From an uncultured Phycisphaeraceae bacterium (GTDB taxonomy: Bacteria; Planctomycetota; Phycisphaerae; Phycisphaerales; UBA1924), in contig CAYPBL010000002.1 of the NCBI GenBank assembly GCA_964408965.1, forward strand, positions 24,856-88,855: a stretch of DNA of 64,000 nt, read 5' to 3'. Below, in pieces: positions 60,334 to 64,000 of this stretch; position 1 is the first letter of the stretch; each line of letters begins with the position of its first letter. The position numbers and the translations under genes were made by a program. The notes below the pieces were generated by a model. That model made no database searches. It was given only the letters and a program-made list of their open reading frames with translations, and was not told where the DNA came from.

Positions 60334-63300
60334 ATGCGCTTCCACTTCCTCGACCGTTGGGCGAACGTGCCCCTGTCCGTTCTGGCGACAACCATGGCAT
60401 GTGCGCCGTGGCTCGATGCCCAAATGGCCATCCCCGCCCAGGTCGAAGCGCCCGCGTCGCTGCGCCAGCCCCTTCCTGACTTCGACATCCGCGTGCACGA
60501 CGAGGGTTGGAAGGCTGTGGCGCAGGCGCGGCGCACCCAGATGGGCAGCGTCGCGGTCCGTCAGCGGGCGGCCCAGGCCCTGGAGGCGCGCATCCCGCAG
60601 CTGGCGGTGAGCTACGACGAGCTGACAGGGTCGCCCAAGTACATCCGCTCCCGTCGCACGCTGCTCTCGGAGCCCCTGGCGCCTGCGGATCAACCTGCGC
60701 TGGCTGTGCGGCGGTTCATCGAGCGCCATCCCGCCCTGACAGGCCTTGCGCCGCAGAGCCTTGACAACGCCCTGCTTGTCCGCAACGCCCGCAACGAAAA
60801 GAACGGCGTGACCAGCCTCTGGTGGCGCATGCAGATCGACGGCGTCCCGGTGTACGGCTGCGAGGTTCGCGCCAACGTCACAGCGGACGGCCGCATCGCC
60901 TCCTTCAGCAGCACCATGCCTCCTGCGGGCGTTCCGCTGCGCGTCGCTGCAGCGCAGCTCGACGCCGCTGCGGCGCTCTCCCTGGCCGCCGAGGCTGTGG
61001 ACGCGCCGCTGGCCGCCCAACCCGTCGTCGCGGAGCAGCGGCCTGATCGTTTCACACGCTTCGCTCCGCTGGCGGGCCTTTCCAACCTGACCAACGCGCG
61101 CTTCGTCTACTTCCCCGTCGCTGTCGACGAGCTGCGACCCGCCTGGGTCGTCACCACGGGAGCCCAGGGCGACCCGAACCTGTATGAGGTCTTCATCGAC
61201 GCCTCCAACGGCCAGCTGCTCAAGCGGGAGAACATCACCTCCTACGCGCTGCCCGCGACGTACCGCGTGTTCGCCGACGCCAGCACATTCAAGCCTGAGG
61301 ACAGCCCCGCTCCCATGTCGCCAGGCCCTGCGACGCCCAACGCTGCACAAGGCGCCCCTGCCTCGCGCGCGCTGATCACGCTCGAATCGCTCGACGCGAC
61401 CGCCAGCCCCAACGGCTGGCTCAACACGGGCGCCTCCACGACGCTGGGCAACAACGTCGACGCCTACCTCGACCGCGACGACGACGACTCGCCCGACCTT
61501 CCCAGGCTCAGCTTCGACCCCGTCAACCGCGTGTTGGACTTCCCGTACAGCGGCGCCAACGCGCCCCTGGCCAACGCTGACGCCGCGGTCACGCAGCTCT
61601 TCTATATCACCAACTGGTACCACGACCGCCTCTACCAGCTGGGCTTCACCGAGCCTTTCGCGAACTTCCAGACGAGCAACTTCAGCAAGGGGGGCACAGG
61701 CGGCGACGCGGTGCAGGCCCAGGCCCAGGACGGCGCAGGCCTGGCCTCCCCCAACGCCAACAACGCCAACTTCGCCGCCAGCTCCTTCGACGGCGGCATC
61801 AGCCGCATGCAGATGTTCCTCTGGGACGGACCCACCCCCGACCGCGACGGCGCCTTCGACGCGCAGATCGTCATCCACGAACTGACGCACGGCCTGAGCA
61901 TCCGCCTGCACGGCGGACTCAGCGGCGACCAGCCCGACGGCATGGGCGAAGGCTGGAGCGACTTCTACGCGCTGACGCTTCTGGCTGATCCGACCGACGA
62001 TGTCAACGGGATCTATGGCGTCGGCCAGTGGGCCACCTTCCAGATCGCAGGCACATCCTACGACAACAACTACTACTACGGCATCCGTCGATTCCCCTAC
62101 ACCACCGACATGAGCCGCAACCCCCTCACCTTTGCGGACATCGACCCGACCACATTCGGGTTCGACCCCGCTTCGCCCCGCAATTCCGTCATAGGCAGCG
62201 CCTTCGCAGCGGAGGTGCACAACATTGGCGAGGTCTGGTGCGCCATGCTGTGGGAAGTGCGGGCCAACCTCATCGCCAAGCACGGCTTTGCCGTCGGCAA
62301 TGAGCTGACGCTGCAGCTGGTCACCGATGGCATGAAGCTCTCGGCGCCCAATCCGAACTTCGTCGAGGCCCGCGACGCCATCCTGCTGGCGGACATCACC
62401 AACAACGGCGGCGCCAATCTTCCCGAACTCTGGGCGGGATTCGCCAAGCGTGGCCTGGGGGTGGACGCCGCAAGCCCGCTGGGCACGATCGCCGCCAACG
62501 TCGTCGAGTCCTTCGCCATGCCCGACGGACTCGACTTCACCTATCCCAACGGCGTTCCCGATCGCGCAGACCCCGCCTCTGCGTTGGACATCACAGTGAA
62601 CATCAGCGAACAGGCTCTGACGCCCGCTTCGCTCGACGCCGCCACCCCCACGTTGTTCTTCGACGCAGGCGGAACGGGCGTCTTTCAACCGATTCCCATG
62701 ACCCTCGTCTCGCCCGGCCAGTACACCGCGTCGATTCCCCGTCAGCTGTGCAGCCAGGACATCCGCTGGTACGTCAGCGCCCAGACGACGGACGGCTCGA
62801 CCTTCACCGACCCGCCAGGCGCGCCCGCCCAGTTCCATGACGCCCCCGTGACCACCTTCGAGTCGATCAGGCTCAACGACAACTTCGAGACCGACATGGG
62901 TTGGGTCGTCAACCCGGACGGCACGGACACCGCCACGACCGGAATCTGGGTGCGCGAGGCGCCCATTGGCACAGGCTTCCAGCCCTCCTTCGACAATCCC
63001 ACAGGAACAGGAACCATCTGCTACGTGACGGGCAACGCCCCTGCAGGCTCGAGCGTCGGAGCGAACGACGTCGACAACGGCGTCACCACGCTCATGTCGC
63101 CTGCCTTCGATTGCACAGGCGGCCCCTGCTTCGTCTCCTACCACCGCTGGTTCGGACCAAGCTCTGTGGATTCGTTGACGGTTGCGATATCCAACGACGA
63201 CGGCGCCACCTGGGTTCCCGTCGAGGACCAGCAGTACCTCCCCGCCTGGAGCCGCAAGATCGTGCAGGTGGATTCGCTGCTGACGCCCACCAGCCAAATG

Positions 63301-63567
63301 AGGCTGCGCTTCATCGCGGGCGACACCGGCACACCCAGCATCGTCGAAGCTGCAGTGGACGACGTCGTCGTGAGCGTGCTTCGCTGCTTGGCCGCTGACG
63401 TCGACCGCGACGGCGTCGTCGGGCCTGGCGACCTGTTCAGCCTGCTCGGCAACTGGGGCCAGCCCTGCGCTGTCGGCTCCGCCGCCTGCCCTGCCGACAT
63501 CGACGGCGACGGCGCCGTCGGACCAGGCGACCTGTTCAGCCTGCTTGGCAACTGGGGCCAACAGTAA
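60334..63567 (+). CDS. M36 (fungalysin-family) zinc metalloprotease with FTP-type propeptide and C-terminal double dockerin-like module
   Basis: GGAGGA lies 9 nt before ATG 60334. HELTHGLSIRLHGG zinc motif with downstream GEGWSDFYAL; NVDAYLDRDDD; FNFVEARDAIL. The tail is 2 x D.D.DG.VGPGDLFSLLGNWGQ. Confidence 0.9.
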   Translation: MRFHFLDRWANVPLSVLATTMACAPWLDAQMAIPAQVEAPASLRQPLPDFDIRVHDEGWKAVAQARRTQMGSVAVRQRAAQALEARIPQLAVSYDELTGSPKYIRSRRTLLSEPLAPADQPALAVRRFIERHPALTGLAPQSLDNALLVRNARNEKNGVTSLWWRMQIDGVPVYGCEVRANVTADGRIASFSSTMPPAGVPLRVAAAQLDAAAALSLAAEAVDAPLAAQPVVAEQRPDRFTRFAPLAGLSNLTNARFVYFPVAVDELRPAWVVTTGAQGDPNLYEVFIDASNGQLLKRENITSYALPATYRVFADASTFKPEDSPAPMSPGPATPNAAQGAPASRALITLESLDATASPNGWLNTGASTTLGNNVDAYLDRDDDDSPDLPRLSFDPVNRVLDFPYSGANAPLANADAAVTQLFYITNWYHDRLYQLGFTEPFANFQTSNFSKGGTGGDAVQAQAQDGAGLASPNANNANFAASSFDGGISRMQMFLWDGPTPDRDGAFDAQIVIHELTHGLSIRLHGGLSGDQPDGMGEGWSDFYALTLLADPTDDVNGIYGVGQWATFQIAGTSYDNNYYYGIRRFPYTTDMSRNPLTFADIDPTTFGFDPASPRNSVIGSAFAAEVHNIGEVWCAMLWEVRANLIAKHGFAVGNELTLQLVTDGMKLSAPNPNFVEARDAILLADITNNGGANLPELWAGFAKRGLGVDAASPLGTIAANVVESFAMPDGLDFTYPNGVPDRADPASALDITVNISEQALTPASLDAATPTLFFDAGGTGVFQPIPMTLVSPGQYTASIPRQLCSQDIRWYVSAQTTDGSTFTDPPGAPAQFHDAPVTTFESIRLNDNFETDMGWVVNPDGTDTATTGIWVREAPIGTGFQPSFDNPTGTGTICYVTGNAPAGSSVGANDVDNGVTTLMSPAFDCTGGPCFVSYHRWFGPSSVDSLTVAISNDDGATWVPVEDQQYLPAWSRKIVQVDSLLTPTSQMRLRFIAGDTGTPSIVEAAVDDVVVSVLRCLAADVDRDGVVGPGDLFSLLGNWGQPCAVGSAACPADIDGDGAVGPGDLFSLLGNWGQQ
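63397..63564 (+). repeat. Two 66-nt direct repeats encoding dockerin/EF-hand-like segments
   Basis: 63397-63462 (DVDRDGVVGPGDLFSLLGNWGQ) and 63496-63561 (DIDGDGAVGPGDLFSLLGNWGQ). The DNA is near-identical over GGCGACCTGTTCAGCCTGCT.GGCAACTGGGGCCA. Confidence 0.85.
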
Positions 63568-63590
63568 ACGGGCTGTTCAGCCTCTGCGCT

Positions 63591-64000
63591 TCAGCGCGAT
63601 TCGCTGCGACGCTCTTGGACCAACTCCGCGTAACGGCGGACTACGCCTGCATGCTCAGCAGCTGCGCGCTGGGCAGCCTCTTTCGTTGCGTACGCCGCTA
63701 TACCCGTCGCCATGGGCGTCTGCAATGTCGGCGCCTTGACGCACCACGCCTGCTCTGCGTCGAGCCACGCTGCATCTGCGCTCGCCTGCTCCACACTGCG
63801 TGCAGCGTCGTGAACCCAACGACGCAGAATCTTCAACGCAGGATGCTCCGCCTCGTAGACGACCATTTCGCCCACGTCGTCAAACAGCAGTCGCTGCACA
63901 TCCCCCGCTTCGCGCTCCACGACCAGCGCCGCTGCGTAACGAGGGTCGCTGATGATCATGCCGCAGGCGACGCAGACGTCTTCCCCGTAGGCGACTCTTG
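63591..64000 (-). CDS. NosL-family (copper-chaperone-like) protein, 5' end outside window
   Basis: The frame stays open upstream of the tracked Met to the window edge. My translation there is ...RVAYGEDVCVACGMIISDPRYAAALV, giving the C-x-x-C-G-M-x-I-x-D-x-R-[FY]-AA signature of NosL-like proteins. Confidence 0.6.
   Translation of the reverse strand, partial: RVAYGEDVCVACGMIISDPRYAAALVVEREAGDVQRLLFDDVGEMVVYEAEHPALKILRRWVHDAARSVEQASADAAWLDAEQAWCVKAPTLQTPMATGIAAYATKEAAQRAAAEHAGVVRRYAELVQERRSESR

Noticed and set aside
60283-63561. 1092-aa minus-strand ORF opposite the M36 protease
   Set aside because: It is antisense to a gene with clear HExxH/M36 motifs. The translation is Gly/Ala/Val/Arg-rich filler.

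Overview
This is a high-GC bacterial chromosome segment. I estimate GC in the high 60s percent by eye, not computed. The ClpC sequence style, the PEP-CTERM-type tails and the dockerin-like tails suggest a Planctomycetota/Phycisphaerae-like origin; this is inference only. Layout: (1) 1-8.3 kb is housekeeping: the 3' end of an MFP efflux adaptor, an M3 lipoprotein peptidase, an APH-family kinase, clpC and a photolyase. (2) 8.4-11.0 kb holds three small, separately transcribed secreted proteins with PEP-CTERM-like sorting tails. (3) 11.3-44.5 kb is one uninterrupted minus-strand block of 27 genes with 22 of 26 junctions overlapping. It encodes an exosortase/EpsI, Wzx/Wzy-type exopolysaccharide system: priming transferase, Wzc-like co-polymerase, giant TPR protein, six glycosyltransferases, a split Alg13/Alg14-like GT, rfbF plus an SDR plus three tandem TylCIII-like methyltransferases, an LhgO-like flavoenzyme, a NodB deacetylase, FkbM, a FemAB-like GNAT, an FrhB-like protein, a pyruvyl transferase, a flippase and a polymerase. 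(4) 44.6-52 kb is a mixed-orientation accessory glycosylation island. (5) 52-56 kb holds a 983-aa secreted beta-helix protein behind a 489-nt leader and a NusG paralog. (6) 56-64 kb holds an alpha/beta hydrolase, an Ig-like surface protein and an M36 protease (both with dockerin-like tails), and a truncated NosL-like gene. I recognised no rRNA, tRNA, CRISPR array, transposase or integrase. Many long ORFs in the track are antisense or out-of-frame shadows, as expected at this GC content. All family calls rest on motif recognition by eye; no searches were run.
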